Positions 24,926 to 39,089 of a DNA stretch of 64,000 nucleotides are shown piece by piece. Position 1 is the first letter of the stretch. The number at the start of each line of letters is the position of its first letter. The notes below the pieces were generated by a model. It had not been told where the DNA came from. It did not search any database and saw only the letters and a program-made list of their open reading frames with translations. The stretch is from positions 47,058,001 through 47,122,000 of the forward strand of contig OX597818.1 of NCBI GenBank assembly GCA_951406725.2. Direction: 5' to 3'. The DNA comes from Octopus vulgaris (taxonomy: Eukaryota). Both the position numbers and the translations under genes were made by a program.

Positions 24926-27900
24926 TTACAGGGATATAAACAAACAAACAGCGGTTGTCAAACTGTGGGAAAGACAAACATAAGGATACATGTTCATGCA
25001 TGTGTATGTGTGTATGTATAACCATCACCATCACCACCATCATCATCATCAGCCATTCAAGACTTTGGGCTCGGAGATCTCTATTTCCAGCGACTTCGAG
25101 GGCCTCCTCCCAGTGGTGTTGGGCATCAACGAAGAGTCCTCGACTACAACAAGACAACCAAAGTTTTTTTTTTTTCTTCCAAGGTCTGGAGTCTCCCGCC
25201 CCTAAGCCCTAGACCATCACCTAATCACCCTTACCTTTCTTGTTGCCTATCAACAACAACAACAATCATCATCGTCATCAGCATCCGTTTTCCATACTGG
25301 TATGGGTTGGATGGTTTGACAAGATTTGGCCAGCTGGAGAGCTGTCCAGACTCCAGTTGTCTGTTGTGGCATGGTTTCTATGGTTGGATGCCCTTCCTAA
25401 TGACAACCACTTTACAGAGTATGCTGGGTGCCTTTTACGTGCCACTGGCACAGGTGCATTTACACAACACTGGCATGAGTACATTTTATGTATCATGTAC
25501 ATACATACAGGACAAGCCTGTATATATATATATATACACATGGCAGGCTTCTTTCAGTTTCTGTCTACCAAATTCACTCATTGAGCATCAGTCAGCCCAG
25601 GGCTTATACTAGAAGACACTTGCCCCAAGTGTCACACAGTGGGACTGAACCTGAAACCATGTAGTTGCAAAGTGAACTTCTTAACCACACAGCCATGCAG
25701 GTATGGAGACATGTCTTAGTTTAATTTTTTTAAAAAACTTCTTTCCATCTTATAAAATAAATGTTATAATTTGTGGTTTTTCTCATGCAACAAAGCTTTT
25801 GGTGATTCATAAACTCATCTCTATAGAGGTTCAAGTGTTTTAATCTTTTGACATTGTGCTCAACGGAAAGCAAAGTAGGTTTTTTCTTCTTCTTTGTTTT
25901 AGGATCCTGACTGAAAATTAGGTCACCTAATTACTTATTAAGTGAGAGGATGATGATGATGATAATTATCATCTTCATGAAAAACAATAATTAATATGAT
26001 TGTAATTTTTTTTTTTTATGTCTATCATCTTTGTCTTTAGGGATAAAAATATCTTAATATTTATGTTTACATTAAGGCGGCGAGCTGGCAGAATCGTTAG
26101 CACATGGGGCAAAATGCTTAGCAGCTTTTCATTTGTCTTTACATTCTGAGTTCAAATTTTACAAAAGTCAACTTTACTTTTCATCATTATGGGGTCAATA
26201 AAATAAGTATTATTTAAGCACTGGAGTCAATGTAATCAACTTACCCTCTCCCTTGAAATTGCTGGCCTTGTGCCAAAATTTGAAATCGATATATCTACAT
26301 TGTTTTGATTTCTGGTTATCATCAGGTGTCATATACTTGAATGTGTACATAGTATCAGACTTGATTTGAACTTGGAACCTTTATTTCTAAACTGAGGGTA
26401 GTAATACTCATTCACTAGGCCACTGATGTTGTACAGCATAGGTTTCAGTTTTCGGTTATTTAAATTCTTAATCCTTTTTTATTCAGTAGTGACAGCCATA
26501 CTGAGCTGGTGTCATACTGGGGTTTCTACATATGTACGGCCTCCGCAATATATTATCATTTATATATTACTTTGTTTCAGTCATTGGACTGTAGCCATGT
26601 TGGGACACAGCCTTGAAGGGTTTAGTCTGGTATTTATTTTATCATTGTCTTTTGCCAAACTGCTAAGTTATAGGGAACACAAATATATCAACACTGGTTG
26701 ACAAGCAGTGGTAGGACAAACGCAAACACACATTTACAAATGATAGGCTTCCACACAATTTCTGTCTACCAAATTCATATGAGAGAACACTTGCTCAATG
26801 TACCATGCTGTGGGACTGAACCCAAAAACATATGATTACAAAGCAAGCTTTTTAACCACACAGCCATGCTTGCACTTGTTTTCAGATGTAGAAACATGGC
26901 ATGTTATCCATTGAGTTGTTTACTAGTTAACATTTTCCCCTCTCATGAGCAGAACTTCTCCTTATTTGAACCCTTATTGTCAATGCTAGGTTTACTGATT
27001 TGGTTTTCAATCATCATTCATCATCATCATCATCATTTAATGTCTGCTTTCCATGCTAGCATGGCTTGGACGATTTGTCAGGTCTGGTGAACCAGATGGC
27101 TGCACCAGACTCCAATCTGATCTGGCAGAGTTTCTACAGCTGGATGCCCTTCCTAACGCCAACCACTCCATGAGTGTAGTGGGTGCTTTTTACGTGCCAG
27201 GCAAGGCTGGCAACAGCCACGATCGGTTGGTGCTTTTTATGTGCCACCGGCACGGAAGCCAGTCAAGGCTGGCATCGGCTGGCATCGAGGCTGGCAGTCA
27301 AGGCTGGCATCGGCTGGCATCGAGGCTGGCAGTCAAGGCTGGCATCGGCCACGTTCGGATGGTGCTTTTCACATGCCACTGGCACAGGGATCACAACTAC
27401 AATTTCCATTGATTTTTGATGTTGATGTACTTGACTCAATAGGTCTCCTCAAGCACAGGGTCGAAACGGTGTTTCTTTACTTGCCACCTGCACAGGAGTC
27501 AGTCCAGCGGCACTGGCAACTGCCGGGTGCCAGTCATAGGATTGGTTCAATTTCGATTCTGATTTCACTTGCCCCAACAGGTTTTCACAAGCAGAGTTTA
27601 GTGTCCAATGAAGGGAGGTTGGCATGGTGCCAGTCGTCTTCCCTTGCCTCAACAGGTCTTGACTAACAATATGTCATTTGTTAGAACTATTATAAATAGA
27701 CTCACCAGCCCACCATATCAATGCTGATCATTTTGTGTGACGTGAATTATATTGCCTTGAATTGTTTCCTCAAGGTATGTTAAGTGTTTCCTATGAGAAG
27801 AAGTTCTACTCCTCAGGAATAGAAATTGTTAACTAGGAAACAGTACAGTGTTTGGAATGTTGTGTCTTTACATTGGGGATTGGAACCCCAATGTTTATGT

Positions 27901-29246
27901 AATTTTTGGAGGCTATACAAATGTAAGACTATCACTGAAATCAGCTCCATATGGCTGATTTACTGAAAAATAAATTTAAAGGAGTGGCTGTGTGGTAAAT
28001 AGCTTGCTTACCAACCACATGGTCCCGGGTTCAGTCCCACTGCGTGGCACCTTGGGCAAGTGTCTTCTACTATAGCCTCGGGCCGGCCAAAGCCTTGTGA
28101 GTGGATTTGGTAGACGGAAACTGAAAGAAGCCCATTGTATATATGTATATATATATGTGTGTTTGTGTTTGCCCCCCAACATCGCTTGACAACCGATGCT
28201 TGTGTGTTTATGTCCCTGTAGCTTAGCGGTTCAGCAAAAGAGAGCGATAGAATAAGTACTAGGCTTACATAGAATAAGTCCTGGGGTCAATGTGCTCAAC
28301 TAAAGGCGGTGCTCCAGTATGGCTGCAGTCAAATGACTGAAACAAGTAAATGAGTAAAAGAGTAATGGCAAAGTGAAACATTGATTGTACATTTAGTTTA
28401 GAAATAAATATTCCGAGTTTGGATCCAGTCAAATTTTATGGACATGAAGTCTGAATAGCACAAGATGAAAGTCCAGTTAAATGAGACTTTAATTTACTAA
28501 AAGTTTCACTGACATCTATTGGAAGAATGCAGATATAATAGCTTACAAGTGTTATCTAAATAGCAGTGGCAGGTAGTAATTACAACATTTCAATGATATG
28601 TAGTGTTATTATAACAGAACATTATTTTACATAAATTCTCCCCTTCCCCAAGTATAATAGTAAGGTCATCCAGCAACAGAAAACATACCAAAATAGAACG
28701 TATGAGCAGATGTGGATTCTGCAAGCTGTTACTGTTGGTGTCCTAGGCTGCCCTCTTGGCGGGCTGTAACCTGAATAAGAACAGACGCAGAGTAAGAGGG
28801 AAGTCTACAGTCTTTGCTGCTGACAACTTATCTGGCGCCACTTAGCAGAATAAAACAACCAGCTCACACTTTTAAGAGATATACAACACCAAAGTTATCT
28901 AGTTTTGTGTGTGTTTGTGTGTGTGTGTGTAAGATAATGTGAGCTGTGACAAATTGTCCAAACCATGCCAGCATGGAAAAATGAATGTAGAATGATGATA
29001 ATTGATAAATGTTTTTGTGTATGTATGTATATATGTGTGTGTGTGTTTAGGGAGTGGTGTATGTGTGTGTGTGTGTTTAGGGAATGGTGTATGTATAAGT
29101 ACATATTAATATTAAAGACACAAGTATGTTCATGTTTATCTTTTTTTTTATTTAGAATTTTGTATATATTTCCTCATTAGTTCTTCATGTTTAATTTGGA
29201 ACATTAGTGTTCCAAAATCCATTAATCTGTTAACATTTCAAAGCTA

Positions 29247-30444
29247 CAGGGGTTGGACAAAATAATGGAAACATCTTAAAATTACAGCTTGAATTCTACT
29301 AGGTATGGACTCGTACTCAGTTTGAATTGTTTCCATTCTTCAGCTCAAACAGGCTCCAGTTCTTATAGTGATGATGGTGGAGGATATCGGCTCCTTACTT
29401 ATTTTTCTAAAATGCACCATAAATGTTCAATAATATTGAGACCTGGTGACTGTGGTGGCCAGATAAGATGTTCCTCGTGCTATTCAGGAACAACTTTAGC
29501 TGTGTGAATTTAGTGCATTATCATCCTGAAAGATTGCGTTTCCCTCCAGAAATAGTCCCACAGCCATAGGATGAATTTGATCAGATAAAATGCTTAAATA
29601 GTCTTGACTATTAATTCTGCCATGAAATGAAACCATTGGCCTGACGGATTTTTTCAATATATAGCCCCCTCCCTGATCATCACAGATCCTCCTCCATGTT
29701 TAACAGTTGGAAGAATATAGTCTGGGTCAAATGCTTCTTTTGGCTGTCTCCACATGTATACTCGGCTGGTGGTTGGAAATAAAGTAAAGGATGACTTGTC
29801 TGAGTAAATAACATTCTTCCACTGCTCTAGGGACCAATTTTGTAGGTTTTTATTCCTCTCTAAACGCTTTGCAACATTTGTTTTTGAAAGTAGTAGTTTT
29901 CTGATTGCAGCACTCCTGTGAAATCTGGCTTCGTGCAGCTCCTGGCAAACAGTTTTTGTGGAAACTGGGCTCTTGAGGTGGTCATTAAGCTCTGCAGTAA
30001 TTTTGGGAGCTGTACTTTAGTGATCCTTTCTAACAATTCGCATAAGATTCCGATGGTCCCTATCTGAAAGCATTGGTTTTCTTCCAGAGTTTTGTTGCAA
30101 CGAGGAGATTTTTTTCCCTCTTTCTCAAAGGCTGTCATTACCTTCGAGACAGTACTTCTTGATACACCAAACATTTCGGCTGTTTTCATTACGCTAGCGC
30201 CTACCATAAGAGCACCAACAATTTGACCTCTTTGAAAGTTCGATAGATCTGTCATTTTGATGAATTTCAATTACCTTTTTCTGATGATATCTGGAAAGAA
30301 CCAGCAATTTTAGCAAAACATATTAAGCAACACTAATAATCAATCAAAAAACATAAAAATAAACAAGCTTTTGACAGTTTTATAGGTATTTCAAAATTAT
30401 GATGCTATGATGCTAGGTGTTTCCATTATTTTGTCCAACCCCTG
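29247..30444 (-). mobile_element. Tc1-like DNA transposon, degenerate transposase
   Basis: TA-flanked TIRs CAGGGGTTGGACAAAATAATGGAAACA; HTH-like start MTDLSNFQRGQIVGA...FGVSRSTVSK; frameshifted. Confidence 0.9.
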
Positions 30445-30955
30445 TATATCAGTTCCATCCTCAGAATGAAGTGGATGTTGAATAATGTGTTTTTTTGTCC
30501 TTTGCTTTGGTTCATGGAGGATCATGGTAGTAGTGTTAATGATTTTTTTCTCACTCAACAGTGGATTAAAAAATTATTCGGCAGTTAAGTCTTATAGTTT
30601 TCATAGTTAATTTTGTGCATGTGTAATTTTTTGGTTTATATTTTTCTTTTAGCAAAGCCTCCACTGACACTCTTCTAGTATAAAATTATTGTGATGTCAG
30701 TTACTGATTTCCTATTGATTTTTGTTTCATCTACTGTATTGCTGTGTATACAGTGGCTCTTTGTTGCAAATGCATAGTCAAACAACAGGAAAGTGTTGCA
30801 CATGTTTGACCAATATAACCATTTAATTCATGAAATTTACTTTTATGTTTGCACTGGATTTTATAAATTACGTTTATAGTTTCAAGTACATTCTATTGTT
30901 TGTTGGTTTGTGACTTGCGTTAATGAAAAGTTTTTTTCATTCTGGCGTTTTTTAA

Positions 30956-31347
30956 TCTCTCTATATATAAAGCTGAAGTTGTCTGTGTATGGCAGGTTTG
31001 GTAGCCTTCAACTAACACTATCTCCTCCGAGACCCTGCAGCGCAAGTTGACCAAAATTGAGAGTATGATAGAAGAAGGCTTGCTCTTCATTCCCTAGAAG
31101 ATAAAATTCAAATCGGACCATGTTAACACCAAAAATTATTTACATCAAAAAGGTGCTTTTTTTCTATGAAAATCCCTATTTTTTACGATTTTTTTACTGT
31201 TGTCTCGCCATTTTTCGGTATATTTTAACCAGAAAAATGTTCACTTAAAGAGAATAACAAGCTATATAATGCAAAATGTTTACTTTTCAAAAATTCCAAT
31301 TCTAAAGGGTCGAAACAAACCCGAGCAATGCTGGGCGATACTGCTAG
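30956..31347 (+). mobile_element. Non-autonomous Helitron
   Basis: A|TC 5' end, subterminal hairpin CCCGAGCAATGCTGGG, CTAG|T 3' end, no TSD; second copy at 11760-12151. Confidence 0.8.
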
Positions 31348-34300
31348 TATGTTCTAACAGTAAGTTTGTAGTTAGATGTGATACATGCTGTGTTCTTTTT
31401 ATGACGTTTTGCTTCTAAAAAGTACATTCTTTGTGTTTCTTGAAGTATATGCTATGCATCATATGAGTATTTGTGCTGGGTTTGTCAAACCAGTATGAAT
31501 GAATTTCTTTTTGTATTGTTCTGTGACATGGTCTGGTTATCTGTTGGTGTACCTATTGTTAACTGAAGTTTGTTTTACTCATAGGGATTTCCTTATTTAG
31601 AAAATATTTGAGTGACGAATATTTAAAAGCTCATCTAAGAAAGGACGTGACTATGTATATTTTACGTCTATATGTGTGTATACAAAGGCATTTATGTGTA
31701 TTTTTAGTCTATACAAATGTACTATATATCTTTTACTTGTTTTTGTCATTGGACTGCGGTCATGCTGCTGTGAAAGGCTTAGTCAAACAAATCAACTCCA
31801 GTACTTATTTTTAAAGTCTGTTACTTATTCTATCAGACCCTTTTGTCAAACCGCTAAGTTACAGGGACAATGAACAAACCAACACTGGTTGTCAAGTGAT
31901 GGTGATGGGATAAACACACAGACATGCATGCATGCATACATACATACATACATACACACACAGACATGCATACATACATATATACACGTTAGGCTTCTAC
32001 ATAGTTTCTTTCTACCAAATTCACTCGTAAAGTATTGGTTGGCTCAGGGCTATAGTAGAAGACACTTGCTTTTCAAGGTGCTGTTCAGGGATATTGAACC
32101 CAAAACCATGTGGTTGCAATGCAAGCTTCTTAATTGCACAGTCTTGCTTGTCCCAGTTAAATGAATTTTTTTAATTGTGCCACATTGTCTTTTGTAATTT
32201 AAAAAAAAAAAATTGGTGCTGTCTTGTGGCTTGTTGTATATTTTTATGATGTTGACCATTTTTGTCCATAATTTATTTCTTTATTGCCCACAAGGGACAA
32301 ACAAAGGGATTAAGTCGATTGCGTCGACCCCAGTGCATAACTGGTACTTAATTTATCAACCCTGAAAGGATGAAAGGTAAAGTCAACCACGGTGAAATTT
32401 GAACTCAGAACATAACTACAGATGAAATACCTATTTCTTTAGTACCTACAAGGGGCTAAACACAGAGAGGACAAACAAGGACAGACACACAGATTAAGTC
32501 GATTACATCGACCCCAGTGCGTAACTGGTACTTATTTAATCGACCCCGAAAGGATGAAAGGCAAAGTTGACCTCGGTGAAATTTGAACTCAGAGTGTAAT
32601 GGCAGACGAAATACCGCTGAGCATTTCACCCGGCGTGCTAACGTTTCTGCCAGAAACCTGTTAGTCTTTAGATACCACAACCACCCAGGTTACAGTAACT
32701 GCAGTTCTAGTGCTATAGCTGGCCTTCCACCTTTTTTCTGCTCAAGGCTTTGCTTAACCCTGTATATTATGAGCCATTATTTATAGCTGTCTATAAGGTG
32801 TTGAGCTGGCAGAATCATTACTGCACTGGGAGATGGCTTAGCAGCATTTTGACAGATTTTATGTTCTGAGTTTAAGTTCCGCTGAGATCAGCTTTGCCTT
32901 TCATCCATTTGGGATCAATAAAATAAGTATCAGTTGATTACAGGGACCAATGTAATTGACTATCTCCCTTCCCCCAGATTGCTGGCCTTGTGCCATAATT
33001 TGAAATCATTATTTATAGTTGACCTCCGAGCGTGGCCGTCTGCCAGCCTCGTCTGGCACATAAAAAACACCATCCGAGCGTGGCCGTCTGCCAGCCTCGT
33101 CTGGCACCTGTGTCGGTGGCACATAAAATCACCCACTACACTCTCGGAGTGGTTGGCGTTAGGAAGGGCATCCAGCTGTAGAAACACTGCCAGATCTGAC
33201 TGGCCTGGTGCAGCCTTCGGGCTTGCCAGACCCCAGTTGAACCGTCCAACCCATGCTAGCATGGAAAGTGGACGTTAAACGATGATGATGATGATGATGA
33301 TGACCTCCCATTTGTGATATCTCACAAATGGAAGACTTACATATTTCTTGTTACTTTTAAGATTACATTCAAAATGTTTTTCTTATCAGTTTTATGGATT
33401 ACAATGTGTGGGTTGTTATTCAGTTCATGCAGAGCTATCTCAAGTCTATTGTTAAGGTTAATTTTTTTTACCTCATTGTGTGTAAAGAAGGTGTTTGTTA
33501 CAGTTACACTTTAATAAGTCTTTCAACTTCCGTTTATGTCACTGAGAATCATGAGTGACTGGCAAAGCATATCTAGTTCAACTTTTCTTATTGAGGTGGA
33601 AGCTTGTACCAAGATTTAGAAGTATGTCGTGGTTTGGTCTGAGCATGTTTTGGAGGAAATTGATACGTTTATTTTGCCTTTGTAACAGTATGTTTCTAGA
33701 TATTTTTATTTCTCAAAGGATATGAGTATGAGGTCAACTAACATTCCTCAAATTTCCTAAGTCTGATCACTATTGTTTGATGGTCATTGAGATCCTACAG
33801 TGTGTTGGTCTGTCCTTCTGATAGGTGTTCTTTTTGTTCTGCTGGGTTTCTGGTGACCCTCTGCATCAGGTTGGCTTGGCTGTAGTGGGGACAACTTTGT
33901 TGCCTACAACTGAACTATGCAACAATGTCTATGAGCTTTCATGTTACCAGTATTATCAAGTTGTGAGAGTTAGCAGCCTGTTCCAATTCTTGGGCATTTT
34001 TTCTGCCCACCAAGAATTTTTAATTCATATATATATATATATATGAGGCCATAATCCCGTGGCCTCTACCTAGGATGTAGCCAGCCCACTTATGCATTCC
34101 TTTCCTTTTTGGGACACAAAGCTCTACTTGTGGAGACCTGTTGAGGCAAGTGAAAATCAAAATCAAAATCGTATTCGATCAACATCAATGGAATTTGTAG
34201 CTGTGATACCAGTGCCGGTGGCATGTAAGAGAACCATCCGAACGTGGCTGTAGCCAGCACCGCCCTGACTGGCCTCTGTGCCGGTGGCATGTAAAAAGCA

Positions 34301-35184
34301 CCATCTGATTCGTGGCCGTTGCCAGCTTCATCTGGTCTCTGTGCCGGTGGCACATAAAAAGCACCATCCGATTGTGGCCGTTTGCCAGCCTCGTGAGGCA
34401 CCTGTGCCGGTGGCACGTAAAAAGCACCCACTACACTCATGGAGTGGTTGGCGTTAGGAAGGGCATCCAGCTGTAGAAACACTGCCAGATCAGACTGGGT
34501 CTGGTGCAGCCTTCTGGCTTCCCAAACTCCAGTTGAACCGTCCAACCCATGCTAGCATGGAAAGCGGACGTTAAACGACAATGATGATGATGATGATGAT
34601 GATATATATATATATATGCAAATATAAGAATGAAAAAATTAAAGTCAGTCAGATGTACACAGTGAATAGTAGAAATGATGTTTCAAGAATGGTTCTTTGT
34701 CAGACAGAGGAAGAAGTCCATGGAAGACGGAAAGGAGGAAGGAGCAGATAGTCTCAAGAAAAGTATGTGTGACATTATATGATACAAAAATAGGACTTAT
34801 TCTTTGTAAGCCTAGTAATTATACTATCAGTCTCTTTTGCCGAACTGCTAAATTATGGGGACATAAACACACCAACATAGGTTGTCAAGCAATGGTGGAG
34901 GGACAAATACAGACACAAAAAAAAACACATACAACGGGCTTCTTTCAGTTTCCATCTACCAAATCCACTCACAAGGCTTTGGTCAGCCCAAGGCTATAGT
35001 AGAAGACATTTGCCCAAGGTGCCATGCAGTGGGATTGAACCTGGAACCATGTGGTTCGTAAGCAAGCTTCTTATCACACAGCCACACCTGTGCCTATGTA
35101 TATATATATTTTTAATTGCCAATGCATGAAACTCTCAGACCTTGAGCCACTCTGTTACTTCTGCTAAACATTAATATATATATA

Positions 35185-35433
35185 CTGTTGTGTCTGGAGA
35201 TAGTAATTTTCTTTTTGCGCCTTATAATGTAACACAATCACTGGTAAAATCTCCACTTATTTCTTATTTTTATTTTCCTAAAATTTTTGTTGCATCTTGC
35301 AGACTATTGAAAAGGTTGCAAGATGCAACGAAAATTTTAGGAAAATAAAAATAAGAATTAAGTGGAAATTTTACCAGTGAGTGTGTTACATTATAAGGCA
35401 CAAAAAGAAAATGACTCTCCCCAGACACAACAG
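35185..35433. repeat. Fold-back with ~117 bp arms and a 15 nt loop; hammerhead-like variant at the apex
   Basis: CTGTTGTGTCTGG...GCATCTTGCA pairs with TGCAAGATGC...CCAGACACAACAG. Confidence 0.9.
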
Positions 35434-36039
35434 AATATCCTTCAACACACGAACTCATATAAAGAATCTTGCAAACCAAATCCCAAAACGAAATTTAATA
35501 AAATATATATACTCATATTTTGAGTTCTGTTTTTCCTGTTTTCATCCTGTACTCATATGATGCATAGCATATTTATGTGCGTTTATTTGTTTCTATGCCA
35601 AGTTATGTATAAAAACAATTTAACATTAAACTAAAGGACTACTCAATAATTTTGTGTAAAAAACATTTATTAAGCATAAAACTTTTACAAAGAAAAGGTT
35701 GACAGGGACTTCAAAGTTTTGACTTGCTTGCCTTCATCAGATTTTTTATATGTGGATGTCCATATATGTGTGTGTGTGTGTGTATCTGCCTTCAAAAACT
35801 ACATATATATGATAGGCTTCTTTCAATTTCTATCTACCAAATCCACTCATAAGGCTTTGGTCGGCCTGACTTGCCCAATGTAGCACGCAGTGGGACTGAA
35901 CCCAAAATCATGTGGTTGGGAAGCAAGCTTCTTATCCCACAGTCAAGCCTGCGCCTATGTGTGTATGTGTATGTATATGTGTGTACGTATGTGTGTGTGT
36001 GTATAGTGTTTGTATATGTTGTCTGTGTATGTATGTAAG

Positions 36040-36880
36040 CTTGCACGAAATGAAGCTGGTATGCTCCACTGGATGTATAATGTCAGTGTGCATACATGAC
36101 AGAGTAAGTGCTCTGAGAGAAAAGTTGGACATAAGAAGCATCAGATTTGGTGTGCAAGAGTGATGACTGTGCTGGTATGGTGATACGTTGCATATAGATG
36201 AGGACAGCTGTGTGAAAAAGTGTCACACCCTAACAGTGGAGGGAACCTGTGGAAGAGGTTCCCTCCATTGGGAAGACCTGGGACGAGGTGGTGAAGCATG
36301 ACCTTCGAACATTGGGCCTCTCAGAGGCAATGACAAGAGACTGAGACCCTTGGAGATATGCTATGCTTGAGAAGACCTGGCAAGCCAAGTGAGATTGTAG
36401 CTGTGACCTATGTCAGTGTTGCATAACTGGTAGTGCTGGTGGCACACAAAAAACACCATTCGAGTGTGGTCAATGCCAGTCCCACTGGACGTGTTCCTGT
36501 GCCATTGGCATGTAAAAGGCACCATACAAACCTGGTCGATGTCAGTGTCGCCTGACTGGTCCTGTGCTGGTGGCATGTAAAAAGCACCATTTGAGCATGT
36601 TTGTTGCCAGTGCTGCCTGACTGGCTCCCATGCCAGTGGCACATAAAAATCATTGTTGTGGCCAATGCCAGTACTACCTGACTGGCACCTGTGTCAGTGG
36701 CACATAAAAAGCACCCACTACACCCTGGGAGTGGTTGGTATTAGGAAGGGCATCCAGTTGTAGAAACCTTGCCAGATCAGACTGTAACCTGGTGCAGCCT
36801 CCTAGCTTGCCAGTCCTCAGTCAAATCATCCAACCCATGCTAGCATGGAAAGCAGACGTTAAACGATGATGACGATGACA
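36040..36880 (+). mobile_element. RTE LINE 3' fragment with ~50 bp UTR sub-repeats and (GAT)n tail
   Basis: VSALREKLDIRSI. The same 3' UTR recurs at ~8550, 8840, 15934, 21228, 27020, 33020, 34050, 43755, 46130, 48100-49010, 51168, 52310 and 55780. Confidence 0.85.
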
Positions 36881-37470
36881 CACACACACACATATTCTAC
36901 CATGCTTATATTCACTGCTCCCCCCATTCTATATTCCTTGGCCACTGTTCTCATTTATTTGTCACCCTTCACCATCATTCATCCTTGCTCCATCTAGTGT
37001 GTGTGTGTATGTGTTTATTGGTATGTATATAATAAACATTCAATTGTAAAACCTTTTAATCAGCTTAGTGCTGAATTGTTCATTACTAATTAATTTGGTA
37101 AAAGTAGTATATTAAATTTCTCCTGCTAAGTGAAAAGAAATGACTGACTTGGCTTTCAATTTTGCCTGTAGCTGTCATTAATGGAAATAAGCTTGTGAAG
37201 AATTTAAATATTTAAATACCTTTAATCTCATCTTATCTGGTTTTATTCAGAGTTGCTACTAACGTATATGGTTTCTTCACTCTCTATACTGCTGCAGAGT
37301 CTCCACCTCCTTGGCAATCCAGAAAGGGCTCCTCTCTTTCATATTATTGGATATATTCAGATTGTTTAGCTTTGGCAAATGTCTTTTATAGCCTCAGGCC
37401 ATCTAATACGAAGTAAATGCAAGAATTGTTTGATGAAAAGTGTATATACACCTATTGTATATAACAATAA

Positions 37471-38420
37471 ATCTTATATATATGCAAAACACACTGGATG
37501 TGTGTTTGTTTGTGTGTTTGTCATGTCATTAAAACCGATTTTAATGAAATTTTACACATGTGTTACATAGGAAATTTTACACATGCATTACACTTGCATT
37601 ACATTGTGGAGGCACATGGCCTTGCGGTCGAGGGATCGCGGGTTCGAATCTCAGACCAGGAGATGTGTGTGTTTATGAGCGAAACACCTAAGCCCCACGC
37701 GGCTCCGGCAGAAGATAATGGTGAACTTCTGCTGACTCTTTTGCCACAACTTTCTCTCACTCTTTCCTCCTGCATCTTGCAGCTCACCTACGACAGACCA
37801 GCGTCCTGTCCAGGTGGGGAACTTATATGCCAAGGAAACCGGAAAACCAGCCCTTATGAGCCAGGGATAGCTTGAGAAGGAACAACAACATTACATAGGG
37901 TCCATGGAATGTCATGGGCCAAAAAAGTTTTCAACTTCTTGCAGCATTAAGTACCGTAACTTGAAGAGTATCCAGTTACTTTCCTCCAAATTTGCAACAA
38001 ACATTAATCAGGCTCCTCGAATTGCTGTTGAATAAAAAAATTTTCAACGCCAACTATTTGAGTATACTGCATTGGGCTTTATCTTTGTTTCAGGCCATTT
38101 TCTGATGATAAAATATTGACGCTACTTATGCATTATAAGTAGTGTATAATATTTCATGCAAACCATTTTTGTCCAGTTTGGCAGAGGAAATGAGAAGAAC
38201 ATTAAAATTTTTGTCAGCGCATTGTTGATGCCTCATGTTACCATCCCACGCACCACCAAGCCATGAGTGCGCATGTGCAGCTAGGTAAAGGCACAACAAA
38301 CCCATTCATCCAATCTCCAGAAGTGCCTTGTCGATGTTTCATGTTTCCAATCCTGTGCAATGTAGCATGGCCTGGCAGCGTGTCTGCTTTCTATATCATC
38401 CATGTCTGAGCTTCATAATG
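37471..38420 (+). mobile_element. Possible Helitron/DINE-like element with nested SINE (37608-37890)
   Basis: A|TCTTATATATA start followed by GTTT repeats and CCGATTTTAATGAAA; the 3' end is uncertain. Confidence 0.4.
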
Positions 38421-38570
38421 CGAAATATTCATACAAAAAACAAACTGCTGTGGTGACTCACAGCCATTTGAGTTTGACCATGTGACCACTTCCGGAAGCT
38501 ATGCTTACCACCTGCAATTAGTCTCCCCCACCCTTGTATTTCCTGCCCCTTTTAGTCAGACAAGTAAATA

Positions 38571-39052
38571 CAGGGTGTCCCAGAATTAATGATGATTTGA
38601 GTGAAATCGGATGCATTTTCTTAAAACTCACTTTTATTTATGTTTATCATGTTCAATATGTGGTAAAAGTGTATAAATTTTGAAATTTGATTATAATTGT
38701 ATTTTCATTCCTGTTGGACCCCTCTTATTTGTCCATGACAGCTTTTTTTCCATTTGGCAGCAATCATTTTCTTTACTTCCATCCCCAAGATGGAGCAATC
38801 ATTTAGCTGAGCGTGAAGAACACATTCAGTTAGCAGTGCAAGAGCTAACCCCTGAAATGCTTCAAAATGTGTTTCACAACACTAAGGAGAGATTTGAAGT
38901 ATGCAGGGATGCAGACATGTTGAAATTTTTCAATAAAAATTTGACATAAGATTTATAAATCTATTTGTTTTGGTAATAAACATAAAATTCTGTCAGTGTT
39001 TTTTAAAATTTGCTCAATTTCATTGAAACAGATAGATAATTCTGGAATACAT
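38571..39052 (+). mobile_element. Decayed Tc1/mariner-superfamily element
   Basis: TA-CAGGGTGTCCCAGAATTA with imperfect mirror TAATTCTGGAATAC; ELTPEMLQNVF...ERFEVC resembles a transposase C-terminus. Confidence 0.55.
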
Positions 39053-39089
39053 AGTATGGTGTAGCGTTGTTAGTTGTTGTGTTGGTCGA

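Noticed and set aside
34215-34430. Regularly spaced repeats resembling a CRISPR array
   Set aside because: Whole ~50 bp units are homologous with no unique spacers; this is a eukaryotic LINE 3' UTR and no cas genes are present.
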